Numbered from the stretch's first letter, positions 33,256 to 42,366 are shown. The stretch: DNA of 64,000 nt from an uncultured delta proteobacterium (GCA_963767925.1 CAVYGB010000008.1:1216001-1280000), one strand, 5' to 3'. The notes: a model not told the origin generated them from the sequence alone. Program-made: numbers and translations.

Positions 33256-35096
33256 CCGGGTCGTCCCGTGGCGGCGGCGCCGGGTCGGCCCTCAGCGGGC
33301 TGGGCCCGGTACGCCTTCCAGCCCCCGAAGCGCGTGATGTCGGTGGTGCCCGCCACCGCGTAGGCCTCGCAGACGAAGCCCGGCGTCCGCTCGCCATCGG
33401 CCAGCTCGACGGTGCCGATGGCCAGGGGGGCGCTGACCCCCCGGAAGAAGGTCCCGAACGCCTCCAGCGGCAGCTCCCAAACCTCGACCGCGATGGCGCT
33501 GCCTTGACCATCGGGCACCCGCAGCAGACCTGGCTTGGCGGGCGTGGTGGCGAGGGCGTACAGGCGATAACAGGGCGCCGTCTCGGTGGCGCGCAGCAGG
33601 CGGGCGCCCAGCTCGGTGAGCTGGTGGTTGAGCGGCTCGCCCGAGAGGTGGGCGCCCACCACGGTGATGCGCAGGGTGGGCCGGGTGGGGGCGTCGCCCG
33701 CGGGTGACGGGGGCAGGGAGCCGAGGCTAGCCCCGGTCGCGCCCAGGGGGCCCCCCAGCGCCCGGTGCAGCCGGGACCCCAGGGCGGCCAGCCGGCCGTC
33801 GCTGCCCCAGGGGCCGATCAGGCTGACCCCGGCGGGCAGCCCATCGCCGCGGAACCCGGCCGGGACCGCCAGCCCGGCGAGATCGAGGAGGTTGACGAAG
33901 TTCGTGTAGAGCCCCAGCCGGGCGTTGAGGGCGCGCGGCTCGGCCGCGACCTCATCGATGGTGTAGATGGTCGGGGTGGTGGGCAGGACCAGGACCTCGA
34001 AGTCCTTCCAGGTCCCCGCCACCTGCCGCTGCAGCTCGCTCAGCCGGTGCAGGCCGGCGAAGGCCTCGACGCCGGTGACCCGCCGGCCCTCGCCGAGGAT
34101 CTCGCGGGTCACGGGCAAGAACGCCTCCGGCGCGCGCGCGAAGAACTCGGCCAGGCTGGCCAGCCGCTCGGCGATCCAGGGCCCGTCGTACAGCAGCCGG
34201 GCCGCTTCGAAATATGGCGTCAGGTCGACCTCGATCGGTTGCCCGCCCAGCGCTTGCAGCCGGGCCAGCGCTGCCTCGAACAGGCGTTCGGCCTCCCGGT
34301 CCCCGAAGAACTCCCGGTCGGACGCCCGGGGCGCTCCGAAGCGGAAGGGACCGGGCTGGCCGCCGGCAGCCATATTCCAGCGCGTCCCCGCGGCGCCGGC
34401 GGCGACCGCCGCCACCGCGGCGGCGTCCTCCACGGTCAGCGCGAACACCGACACGCAGTCGAGCGAGCGACAGGCCGGCACCACCCCCTCCGTGCTGAGG
34501 AGACCCCGGCTCGGTTTGATCCCGACGAGGTTGTTGAAGGCCGCTGGCACGCGGCCGGAGCCGGCGGTATCGGTGCCCAGGGCGAACCCGACCATCCCCC
34601 GCGCGACCGCCGCCGCCGAGCCCGAGCTGGATCCCCCGACGATGTAGCGGCTGTCGAAGGGGTTGGCGGGGATCCCGTAAGGCGATCGGGTCCCCACCAG
34701 CCCGGTTGCGAACTGATCGAGGTTCGTCTTGCCGATGAGCAGGGCCCCCGCCTGCTGCAGGCGCTGCACGACCGGAGCGCTGGCCTGCGCGGGATAGGCG
34801 AAGGCCGGGCAGGCGGCAGTGGTGGGCAGACCCTCGACGTCGATGTTGTCCTTCACCGCGAAGGGGATCCCATAGAGCGGCAGGACCTGCCCGGCGTCCC
34901 GTCGGCGTTGCAGGTCGCGGGCGTCGGCCAGCACCGCCTCACCTTGCCGGCGGTGGATCCAGATACCCGCCCCCTCGGGCGCGTCGGCGCGCTCGAGCGC
35001 GCGGCGCGCGACGTCGGTCACGCTCGACGTGCCCGCGGCCAGCGATCCGGACAACGCGTGCAGGGCGAAGCTCGACGGGATTTCCGCAGCGGGCAT
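33252..35096 (-). CDS. atzF: Allophanate hydrolase (amidase domain plus C-terminal domain)
   Basis: FAVKDNIDV, GKTNLDQFATGLVGTRSP, GGSSSGS, GTDTAGSGRVP, YTNFVNLLD, VVGAHLSG, DITRFGGW. Confidence 0.95.
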   Translation of the reverse strand: MPAAEIPSSFALHALSGSLAAGTSSVTDVARRALERADAPEGAGIWIHRRQGEAVLADARDLQRRRDAGQVLPLYGIPFAVKDNIDVEGLPTTAACPAFAYPAQASAPVVQRLQQAGALLIGKTNLDQFATGLVGTRSPYGIPANPFDSRYIVGGSSSGSAAAVARGMVGFALGTDTAGSGRVPAAFNNLVGIKPSRGLLSTEGVVPACRSLDCVSVFALTVEDAAAVAAVAAGAAGTRWNMAAGGQPGPFRFGAPRASDREFFGDREAERLFEAALARLQALGGQPIEVDLTPYFEAARLLYDGPWIAERLASLAEFFARAPEAFLPVTREILGEGRRVTGVEAFAGLHRLSELQRQVAGTWKDFEVLVLPTTPTIYTIDEVAAEPRALNARLGLYTNFVNLLDLAGLAVPAGFRGDGLPAGVSLIGPWGSDGRLAALGSRLHRALGGPLGATGASLGSLPPSPAGDAPTRPTLRITVVGAHLSGEPLNHQLTELGARLLRATETAPCYRLYALATTPAKPGLLRVPDGQGSAIAVEVWELPLEAFGTFFRGVSAPLAIGTVELADGERTPGFVCEAYAVAGTTDITRFGGWKAYRAQPAEGRPGAAATGRPG

Positions 35097-35143
35097 GGCG
35101 GCTGACCTAACCGATCGCTCGCAGAAAAACAACTGGCGGTGGT

Positions 35144-35198
35144 TTTACCAACAGTTCACTGGCAGGAAAACGGAGCGAAACATGGGCTGGCCTATAAG
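35144..35198 (+). promoter_or_regulatory. 11-bp-phased four-box operator plus -10 element in the divergent atzF/BMP spacer
   Basis: TTTAC-n6-TTCAC-n6-GAAAA-n6-GAAAC then TATAAG 11 nt later. Confidence 0.65.
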
Positions 35199-35204
35199 AA
35201 CCGC

Positions 35205-36362
35205 ATGAATCACCGGACCGTGATCACCCGAGGACCCGTGCGTGTCCTGATTGCCGTCACCGCGCTGACCGGGCTCCTGACCTGCAAGAAGCAGGCGGCC
35301 GAGCCCGCCGCCGCCGGCGGGGCCGCTCCCGGCGCCGGCGCCCTGACGGTCGGGTTCATCTACGTCGGGCCCAAGGACGACTGGGGCTACAATCAGGCCC
35401 ACGCCGAAGGCGCCGCGGCGGTGGCCAAGCTCGAGGGGATCAAGGTCCGCGAGGAAGAGAACGTGCCCGAGACGGCGGCGGTTCAGAAGACCATGGAGAG
35501 CATGGTGAGCCTCGATGGCGCCCAGCTCCTGTTTCCCACCTCGTTCGGATATTTCGATCCCCATATCATCAAGACGGCGGAGAAGTTCAAGGAGACGCCC
35601 TTCTTGCATTGCGGGGGGCTTTACGTCGAGGGCAAACACCCCGGCAACGTCGGCAGCTATTTCGGCTACATCGACGAGGCTCAATACGTCGCTGGCGTCG
35701 TTGCCGGCATGACCACGAAGAAGAACAAGCTCGGCTTCATCGCCGCCAAGCCCATTCCTCAGGTGCTCCGCAACATCAACTCCTTCACGCTCGGCGCGCG
35801 CTCGGTCAACCCGAAGGTCACGACCTCGGTGGTCTTCACCGGGGACTGGTCGATGCCGGTCAAGGAGGCGGAGGCCGCCAACAGCCTGGCCGATCAGGGC
35901 GTCGACGTGTTGACCATGCACGTGGATTCGCCAAAGGTCGTCGTCGAGACCGCCGAGCGACGGGGCGATCTTCAGCTCGGGCTACCACGCCAACCAGTCG
36001 GCCCTGGCCCCCAAGGGGTACCTCACGGGCGCCGAGTGGAACTGGGGCAAGATCTACACCGACTACATCGCCATGGTGCGGGAGAAGAAGTCGTTCCCCC
36101 ACCTGCTGCGCGGAGGCTTCAAGGAAGGCTTCGTCAAGCTGTCGCCCTACGGCTCGGCGGTGAGCGAGGCCGCCCGGGCCAAGGCCGAGGAGGCCAGGGC
36201 CCAGCTCAGCGAAGGGCACCCTGGTCATCTACAAGGGCCCCATCAAGTCCAACAGCGGCAAGGTGGTCGTGCCCGCGGGCGCCGCAGCAGAACCAGACCG
36301 ACATCGTGCTCGAGAAGATGGACTACCTGGTCGAGGGCGTGATCGGGAAGATCCCGTCCTGA
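35205..36362 (+). CDS. BMP-family ABC transporter substrate-binding lipoprotein (frameshifts around 35965-36290)
   Basis: VGFIYVGPKDDWGYNQAHAEG, FPTSFGYF, RNINSFTLGA, MDYLVEGVIG; lipobox-like LLTC. Confidence 0.9.
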   Translation: MNHRTVITRGPVRVLIAVTALTGLLTCKKQAAEPAAAGGAAPGAGALTVGFIYVGPKDDWGYNQAHAEGAAAVAKLEGIKVREEENVPETAAVQKTMESMVSLDGAQLLFPTSFGYFDPHIIKTAEKFKETPFLHCGGLYVEGKHPGNVGSYFGYIDEAQYVAGVVAGMTTKKNKLGFIAAKPIPQVLRNINSFTLGARSVNPKVTTSVVFTGDWSMPVKEAEAANSLADQGVDVLTMHVDSPKVVVETAERRGDLQLGLPRQPVGPGPQGVPHGRRVELGQDLHRLHRHGAGEEVVPPPAARRLQGRLRQAVALRLGGERGRPGQGRGGQGPAQRRAPWSSTRAPSSPTAARWSCPRAPQQNQTDIVLEKMDYLVEGVIGKIPS

Positions 36363-36380
36363 CGGATCGGCCGCCCCGCC

Positions 36381-37442
36381 GTGATCCGTCTCTGCGCCAT
36401 CGTCGTCTCCCTGCTGCTGTTCGGCGGCTTCGTCGCCCTCGCGGGCGTCAACCCGGGAGAGGTCTACTACCAGATGTACCGGGGGGCCTTCGGCACCTGG
36501 TTCTCCTTTCAGAACACCTTGCAGCGGGCGGCGCCCCTGATGTTGACCGCCCTCTGCACGGCGCTGCCCGCGCGCTTCGGCCTGGTCGTGATCGGCGGAG
36601 AGGGGGCCCTCGTGCTGGGCGGGCTCGGGGCGGCGCTGGCCGCCGCGGGCCTGGGAGCCGCCCCTCCAGCGCTCGTCCTGGCCGCGATGGCCCTCGGTGG
36701 GCTCCTGGCGGGCGGCCTGTGGATCGCCCTCGTGGGAGCCCTGCGCAGCCTGCGGGGGGTCAACGAGACCCTGAGCAGCCTGCTGCTCAACTACATCGCC
36801 ATCGCCCTGTTCAACCATCTGGTCGAAGGGGCGCTGCGCGACCCGGCCAGCCTCAACAAGCCCTCCACCCGCCCCATCGGCGAGGCCAACACGCTGGGGA
36901 ACCTCCCCGGGATGGACGTCCACGGCGGGCTGCTGTTCGGCCTGGTGGCCTGCCTGGCCGCCTACGTCCTCATGAACCGGACGAGCTTCGGCTTCGCCGC
37001 CCGGGTGGTGGGAGGCAACGTCCGGGCGGCGCTGCTCTCCGGGCTGCGGGTTCCCCGGCTGGTCATCGCCGGCTGTTTCCTGGCAGGAGCCTGCGCGGGG
37101 CTGGCCGGCATGGCCGAGGTGGCGGCGGTGCACGGGACCGCCAACGCCTCGCTCATCGCGGGCTACGGCTACAGCGGCGTCCTCGTCGCCTTCGTGGCCC
37201 GCCACCACCCGCTGGCCATCATCCCCGTGTCGCTGCTGCTGGGCGGGATGGCCGCCAGCGGGGGGCTGCTGCAACGTACCGTGGGGTTGCCCGACGCCGC
37301 GGTCAACGTCCTGCAAGGGATCGTCTTCGTCGTGATCCTCGCCAGCGACACCCTGGAGCGCCGCTCGCCCCGCTGGCGCTGGCTGCGGCGGCCGCGCCCG
37401 GCGGCCGAGGTGGTGCCGGCCGAGGTGGTGACGGCGCGATGA
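36381..37442 (+). CDS. ABC transporter permease (nucleoside/CUT2 type)
   Basis: TLQRAAPLML, IGGEGAL, GVNETLSSLLLNYIA, GYGYSGVLVAF. Confidence 0.9.
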   Translation: MIRLCAIVVSLLLFGGFVALAGVNPGEVYYQMYRGAFGTWFSFQNTLQRAAPLMLTALCTALPARFGLVVIGGEGALVLGGLGAALAAAGLGAAPPALVLAAMALGGLLAGGLWIALVGALRSLRGVNETLSSLLLNYIAIALFNHLVEGALRDPASLNKPSTRPIGEANTLGNLPGMDVHGGLLFGLVACLAAYVLMNRTSFGFAARVVGGNVRAALLSGLRVPRLVIAGCFLAGACAGLAGMAEVAAVHGTANASLIAGYGYSGVLVAFVARHHPLAIIPVSLLLGGMAASGGLLQRTVGLPDAAVNVLQGIVFVVILASDTLERRSPRWRWLRRPRPAAEVVPAEVVTAR

Positions 37443-38365
37443 ACGACACCGAGCTGGGCCTGCTGGGGGTACCCCTCGCCGTGCTGGGCGGCGCCTTGCG
37501 GGTGAGCACCCCGTTTCTCTTCGTCAGCCTCGGCGAATGCCTCACCGAGAAGAGCGGTCGGGTCAACCTGGGCCTGGAGGGGACCCTGGTGATGGGGGCC
37601 ATGTCCGGCTACGGCGTCTCTTACGCCAGCGGCTCGCCCTGGCTGGGCGTGCTGGTGGCGGGCCTGGTGGGAGCGATCTTCGGGGCCCTGCACGCCTTCC
37701 TCTGCGCCCGGCCCCGGGTCAACGACATCGCGGTGGGCATCGCCCTCATGTTGCTGGGGATCGGGCTGGCGTTTTTCCTGGGCAAGCCGCTCATCAAGCC
37801 GACCGCCCCCCGGCTGCCCGACCTGCGCCTCGGGGAGTGGAGCGACCTGCCTCAGGTGCGGTCGGGCTTGCAGGTGAACCTCCTGTGGTTGCTCGGGGTG
37901 GGCCTCTCGGTGGCCCTGGTCTTCTTTCTCGCCCGCACCCGCTGGGGCCTGATCCTGCGCACCGTGGGGGAGAGCAGCGACGCCGCCCGGGCCATGGGCT
38001 ACCCCGTCAACCGGGTCCGCCTCTACGCCACGGTGGCGGGCGGGTTCCTGGCCGGGGTGGGCGGCTCGTTCCTGTCGCTGTCTTATCCGGGGAGCTGGAA
38101 CGAAGGGCTCTCGAGCGGGCAGGGGCTGATGGCGGTGGCCCTCGTGATCTTCGCCCGCTGGCACCCCCTGCGCTGCCTGGCCGCCTCCTTGCTGTTCGGA
38201 GCGGCGGGGGCCCTGGGGCCGGCCCTGCAGGCGGTGGGCATCACCTCCGGCTATTACCTGTTCTCCGCCGCCCCCTACATCCTCACGCTGGCCATCATGG
38301 TGGCGACGAGCTCCGCCCGGAGGAGCCTGGCCGGCCAGCCCGCCGAGCTGGTCATGGGCCGCTGA
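37439..38365 (+). CDS. ABC transporter permease (nucleoside/CUT2 type)
   Basis: STPFLFVSLGECLTEKSGRVNLGLEG, GQGLMAVALVIFARW, PYILTL. Confidence 0.9.
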   Translation: MNDTELGLLGVPLAVLGGALRVSTPFLFVSLGECLTEKSGRVNLGLEGTLVMGAMSGYGVSYASGSPWLGVLVAGLVGAIFGALHAFLCARPRVNDIAVGIALMLLGIGLAFFLGKPLIKPTAPRLPDLRLGEWSDLPQVRSGLQVNLLWLLGVGLSVALVFFLARTRWGLILRTVGESSDAARAMGYPVNRVRLYATVAGGFLAGVGGSFLSLSYPGSWNEGLSSGQGLMAVALVIFARWHPLRCLAASLLFGAAGALGPALQAVGITSGYYLFSAAPYILTLAIMVATSSARRSLAGQPAELVMGR

Positions 38366-38403
38366 GGACCGCACCGGTCACCGGTCAGCAAAAGGAGTCG
38401 ATC

Positions 38404-39090
38404 GTGTCCAAGTTCATCTCCGCCGATCCCTACGCCTGGCCGTACAACGGAGACCTCCGCCCCGAGAACACCGCCCTCATCGTCATCGACATGCAGGCCG
38501 ACTTCTGCGGCGAAGGCGGCTACATCCAGCTCCTCGGCTACGACATCTCCCTCACCCGCGCCTGCATCGGCCCCATCCGGCGCCTGCTCGAGGCCCTGCG
38601 CCCGCGCGGCTTCCCGATCCTGCACACCCGGGAGGGCCACCGCCCCGATCTGTCCGACCTGCCCGCCAACAAGCGCTGGCGCTCGCGCAAGATGAAAGGG
38701 GGCATCGGCATCGGCGACGCCGGCCCTCGGGGCCGGGTGCTGGTCCGGGGTGAGCCCGGCTGGGACATCATCCCCGAGCTCTATCCCGCGCCGGGCGAGG
38801 TGATCATCGACAAGCCGGGCAAGGGATCCTTCTGCGCCACCGACCTCGACCTCGTCCTGCGGACCCGGGGCATCGTCAACCTCATCCTCGCCGGCATCAC
38901 CACCGACGTCTGCGTGCACACCACAATGCGCGAGGCCAACGACCGGGGTTACGAGTGTCTCCTGCTGTCCGACTGCTGCGGCGCCACCGACCTCGGCAAC
39001 CACCAGGCGGCGATCGAGATGGTCAAGATGCAGAACGGCGTCTTCGGCGCCGTCTCCACCTCCGCGGCCCTGCTCGAGGCCGTGGGGTGA
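38404..39090 (+). CDS. biuH: Biuret hydrolase (isochorismatase-like cysteine hydrolase)
   Basis: ADPYAWPYNG, IDMQADFCG, HTREGHRPDLSDLPANKRWRS, DKPGKGSFCATDL, GITTDVCVHTTMREANDRG (D-K-C triad), MVKMQNGVFG; closely resembles Rhizobium BiuH as recalled. Confidence 0.9.
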   Translation: MSKFISADPYAWPYNGDLRPENTALIVIDMQADFCGEGGYIQLLGYDISLTRACIGPIRRLLEALRPRGFPILHTREGHRPDLSDLPANKRWRSRKMKGGIGIGDAGPRGRVLVRGEPGWDIIPELYPAPGEVIIDKPGKGSFCATDLDLVLRTRGIVNLILAGITTDVCVHTTMREANDRGYECLLLSDCCGATDLGNHQAAIEMVKMQNGVFGAVSTSAALLEAVG

Positions 39091-40613
39091 CGGGACCAGT
39101 GTTACCGCCCGTCCTCGACGTCGTCGATCTGGGCAAACGCTTCGGGGACTTCGTGGCCCTGCAGGGCGTGTCGCTGCGGCTCTCCCCCGGCACGGTGCAC
39201 GCCCTGCTCGGCGAAAACGGAGCGGGCAAGAGCACCCTCGTCAAGTGCATCATGGGCTACCACCGCCCCGACGCCGGCGAGGTCCGGCTCGACGGGCGCC
39301 CGGTGACGCCGGCCAGCCCCCGGGCGGCCCAGGCGCTCGGCATCGGGATGGTGTACCAGCACTTCACCCTGGTCCCCAACATGACGGTGGCGGAGAACCT
39401 GGTGCTGGCCCGGGGGAAGTTGCCTCTCTTCATCGACTGGGCCCGGGAGCGGCAAGAGCTGGAGGCGTTCTTCCAGCGCATCCCCTTCCGCTTGCCCCTC
39501 ACGGCGCCGGTGCGCACGCTGTCGGCGGGGGAGAAGCAGAAGCTCGAGATCGCCAAGCAGCTCTTTCTCGAGAGCCGGATCGTGATCCTCGACGAGCCCA
39601 CCTCGGTCCTCACGCCCGCCGAGTCGGACGAGGTGCTCGGCCTGCTGGCCGACCTGGCCCGCAAGGAGAAACGTCTCAGCATCTTGCTCATCACCCACAA
39701 GTTCCGGGAGGTGAGCGACTTCGCCGACGAGGTCACCGTCCTCCGGCGGGGCCGGCGGGCCGGAGGTGGCCCGGTGGGCCAGCTCGGCCAGGCCGACCTC
39801 GCCGAGCTCATGGTGGGGAGCCGGATCGCGGTGGAGGTGGCCCCCACGACCTCGCGCGCGCCGGGTGAACCCCGCCTGCGGGCCCGGGCGCTCTCCGCCC
39901 GGGACGACCTCGGCGCCGCCGCCCTGCGCGAGGTGAGCTTCACCGTGCGGGCCGGGGAGATCGTCGCCGTCGCCGCGGTGGCCGGCAACGGCCAGGAAGA
40001 GCTGGTGGAGGTGCTGGCCGGTCAGCGGCCGCGATCGGGCGGCGAGGTCGACGTCGGCGGCAGCGCCTACCAGGGCAGCCGGGCCCAGATGCGCGCCCGC
40101 CGGCTGCGCTGCTTGCCCGAGGAGCCGCTGCGCAGCGCCTGTGTCCCGGCCATGTCGGTCGCCGAGAACATGGCCTTCTTCGACTTCGATTGCCCGCCCT
40201 ACGCGCGCTTCGGCTGGTGGCTGTCGCCGCGAGCCCTGCGCGAACGCAGCCAACGGCTCATCGAGCAATTCGGCGTACGCACGCGCTCGGCCGACACGCC
40301 CCTCGGCGACCTCTCGGGCGGCAACGTCCAGCGGGTGGTCCTGGCGCGAGAGCTGGCCAGCCAGCTCGACGTGCTGGTGGTGGCCAACCCCTGCATGGGG
40401 CTCGACTTCACGGCGGTGGCCGAGGTGCACACGCGCCTGCGTCAGGCGCGCGACTCGGGCACCGCCGTGTTGCTGATCAGCGCGGACCTCGACGAGATCT
40501 TCGCTCTCGCCGATCGGATCCTCGTCATGAGCGAGGGCCGGGTGGTCCATGAAACGCCGGCCGCCACCGCCGAGCTGAAGGTGCTGGGCGCGTACATGGC
40601 GGGGCACGCGTGA
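39087..40613 (+). CDS. ABC transporter ATP-binding protein (tandem domains, CUT2 type)
   Basis: GENGAGKST, GMVYQHF, LDEPTSVLTP, LSGGNVQR, LLISADLDE. Confidence 0.92.
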   Translation: MTGPVLPPVLDVVDLGKRFGDFVALQGVSLRLSPGTVHALLGENGAGKSTLVKCIMGYHRPDAGEVRLDGRPVTPASPRAAQALGIGMVYQHFTLVPNMTVAENLVLARGKLPLFIDWARERQELEAFFQRIPFRLPLTAPVRTLSAGEKQKLEIAKQLFLESRIVILDEPTSVLTPAESDEVLGLLADLARKEKRLSILLITHKFREVSDFADEVTVLRRGRRAGGGPVGQLGQADLAELMVGSRIAVEVAPTTSRAPGEPRLRARALSARDDLGAAALREVSFTVRAGEIVAVAAVAGNGQEELVEVLAGQRPRSGGEVDVGGSAYQGSRAQMRARRLRCLPEEPLRSACVPAMSVAENMAFFDFDCPPYARFGWWLSPRALRERSQRLIEQFGVRTRSADTPLGDLSGGNVQRVVLARELASQLDVLVVANPCMGLDFTAVAEVHTRLRQARDSGTAVLLISADLDEIFALADRILVMSEGRVVHETPAATAELKVLGAYMAGHA

Positions 40614-40972
40614 TGTCCGAGCCGGAGAAACAACCAGATATCTTCCGCCTCGCCGAGCTGCTGGCGCTCGCGGGGCCGCCGCGCTGGTCGCCGTTCCATC
40701 CGGGCGTGGAGATCTGCCGGCTCTACGATCACGGTCCCGAGGGGCCCGCCGCCGCGATTCTGCGCTATGCGCCGGGCGCCGCGGTCCCTCCGCACGTTCA
40801 CGTCGGCTACGAACACGTCCTGGTTCTGGAAGGGGCGCAGCAGGACCACCGCGGGAGATACCCGGCTGGCACGTTCGTCGTCAATCCGCCCGGATCTCGG
40901 CACGAGGTTCGTAGTCCAGAGGGCTGTATCGTGATAGTCATCTGGGAACGCCCGGTGAGAATTCTCGGCTAG
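40610..40972 (+). CDS. ChrR-like cupin-domain protein
   Basis: LRYAPGAAVPPHVHVGYEHVLVLEG...NPPGSRHEV (HxH, E, H metal ligands); start overlaps the ATPase stop. Confidence 0.85.
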   Translation: MMSEPEKQPDIFRLAELLALAGPPRWSPFHPGVEICRLYDHGPEGPAAAILRYAPGAAVPPHVHVGYEHVLVLEGAQQDHRGRYPAGTFVVNPPGSRHEVRSPEGCIVIVIWERPVRILG

Positions 40973-40984
40973 TTCTCGCCCGAA

Positions 40985-41038
40985 GTTACCGAAGGTTTCA
41001 GTCGGGGAAATCCGTCGTTTACCTGTTGCGGTTAAGTT
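40985..41038 (+). promoter_or_regulatory. 11-bp-phased four-box operator plus -10-like element upstream of the porin gene
   Basis: GTTAC-n6-TTTCA-n6-GAAAT-n6-TTTAC then TAAGTT 10 nt later. Confidence 0.55.
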
Positions 41039-41145
41039 GTCGCCCGGCATTGCTGAGGCGTACAGCTGACTGCGGCGCCGGGCTCGTCGGGCCCGATAGG
41101 GGGGTTGGGGCCGCTGCGGCCCCACTACGAAAAGAGGAGATGCAG

Positions 41146-42366
41146 ATGAGTGCACTGAGAAAATCGCATATTGGGAGATCGGCCAACCTGCTTGCGGCGA
41201 CGCTGCTTGCTTCCCTGGTTCCCGCCCTGGCGTTCGCGCAGGAAGCTGCGGCACCCGCCGCGCCCGCCGCGCCCAAGCTGGCGGCCATCACGACCACCAC
41301 CGCGCAGGATCCGGCTCCGCCCGTGGTGACGCAGGCCGAGCCACCGCCGCCTGCCGAGGACGCCTCGTCCAAGCCGCTCAGCACCGCCGTCTGGGGGCGC
41401 ATCGGCAATTACATCCAGGGCGCCGATCCCACCAAGCTGAACGACGTCTCCCAGGACGCCGAGGTCGACGTCCTGCTGAGCGGCCAGATCCACAAGTACG
41501 TCGGCTGGCAAGCCGACTTCGTCGGCTACCTCAGCGGCGGCGGGGCCGACACCGCGAGCGTCCTCGACCTGATCGGCAAGCTCGAGCTGCACAACGCCTT
41601 CAACCTGTGGGTGGGCCGCATGCTGGTCCCCTCCGACCGCTCGAACTTCAGCGGTCCCTGGTTCATGGCGCCCTGGAACTACCCGGGCTTTTACCCCGGG
41701 CTGGGCGCGCCCGCCGGCCCGCGCCAGGGCGCGTTCGGCCGCAACGACGGCGCCACCGTCTGGGGTGACTTCGGCGGCGGCGTGCTCAAGTACTACCTGG
41801 GCGCCTTCGACCTGCGCCAGCGGAGCGAGAGCCCCCTCTACACCGCCCGCATCAACCTGAGCCTGCTCAACCCGGAGCCGGGCTACTACCACAGCAGCAC
41901 TTACTACGGCATGGACATCCTAGCCATCGGCGTGGGCGCCCAGTACAAGAAGAACGGCTCGGTCGCGCCCCCGCCGATGGAAGGGGCCATGGCGATCGCG
42001 CCCGCCAACTACAGCGGCTATAACGTCGACCTGCTGTTCGAGAAGAAGCTCGGCAGCGCCGGCGTGTTCGACGTCGAGGGCGCCTACTACGTGTTCGACG
42101 GCGCCAACGAGGTGCTCGACAGCCACTTTTACGCCCTGGCCAGCTACCTCATTCCGGCGAACCTGGGCTTCGGCCAGATCCAGCCGCTGGTCCGCTACCA
42201 GGGGGCTTCGCCCAAGGGCGGAGGCGACATGTGGCGCCTCGTCGATTTCCAGGTCGGCTACGTGATCAGCCAGTACGCCGCCCGGCTGGCCTTCGGGTAC
42301 CAGACCGGCAAGGTGGGTGAGCTCGAGACCAACTCCGTGTTCATGGGGTTGCAGCTCCAGAAGTAG
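41146..42366 (+). CDS. Outer-membrane porin (OprO/P or FmdC-like beta-barrel)
   Basis: GAGGAG ribosome-binding site; signal peptide ending AFA; FNLWVGRMLVPSDRSNFSG; alternating beta-strand pattern ending VFMGLQLQK. Confidence 0.75.
   Translation: MSALRKSHIGRSANLLAATLLASLVPALAFAQEAAAPAAPAAPKLAAITTTTAQDPAPPVVTQAEPPPPAEDASSKPLSTAVWGRIGNYIQGADPTKLNDVSQDAEVDVLLSGQIHKYVGWQADFVGYLSGGGADTASVLDLIGKLELHNAFNLWVGRMLVPSDRSNFSGPWFMAPWNYPGFYPGLGAPAGPRQGAFGRNDGATVWGDFGGGVLKYYLGAFDLRQRSESPLYTARINLSLLNPEPGYYHSSTYYGMDILAIGVGAQYKKNGSVAPPPMEGAMAIAPANYSGYNVDLLFEKKLGSAGVFDVEGAYYVFDGANEVLDSHFYALASYLIPANLGFGQIQPLVRYQGASPKGGGDMWRLVDFQVGYVISQYAARLAFGYQTGKVGELETNSVFMGLQLQK

Noticed and set aside
41043..41060. GG-N10-GC spacing before the porin gene as a sigma54 promoter
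   Set aside because: Lacks the TGGCAC and TTGC context; expected by chance at this GC content.
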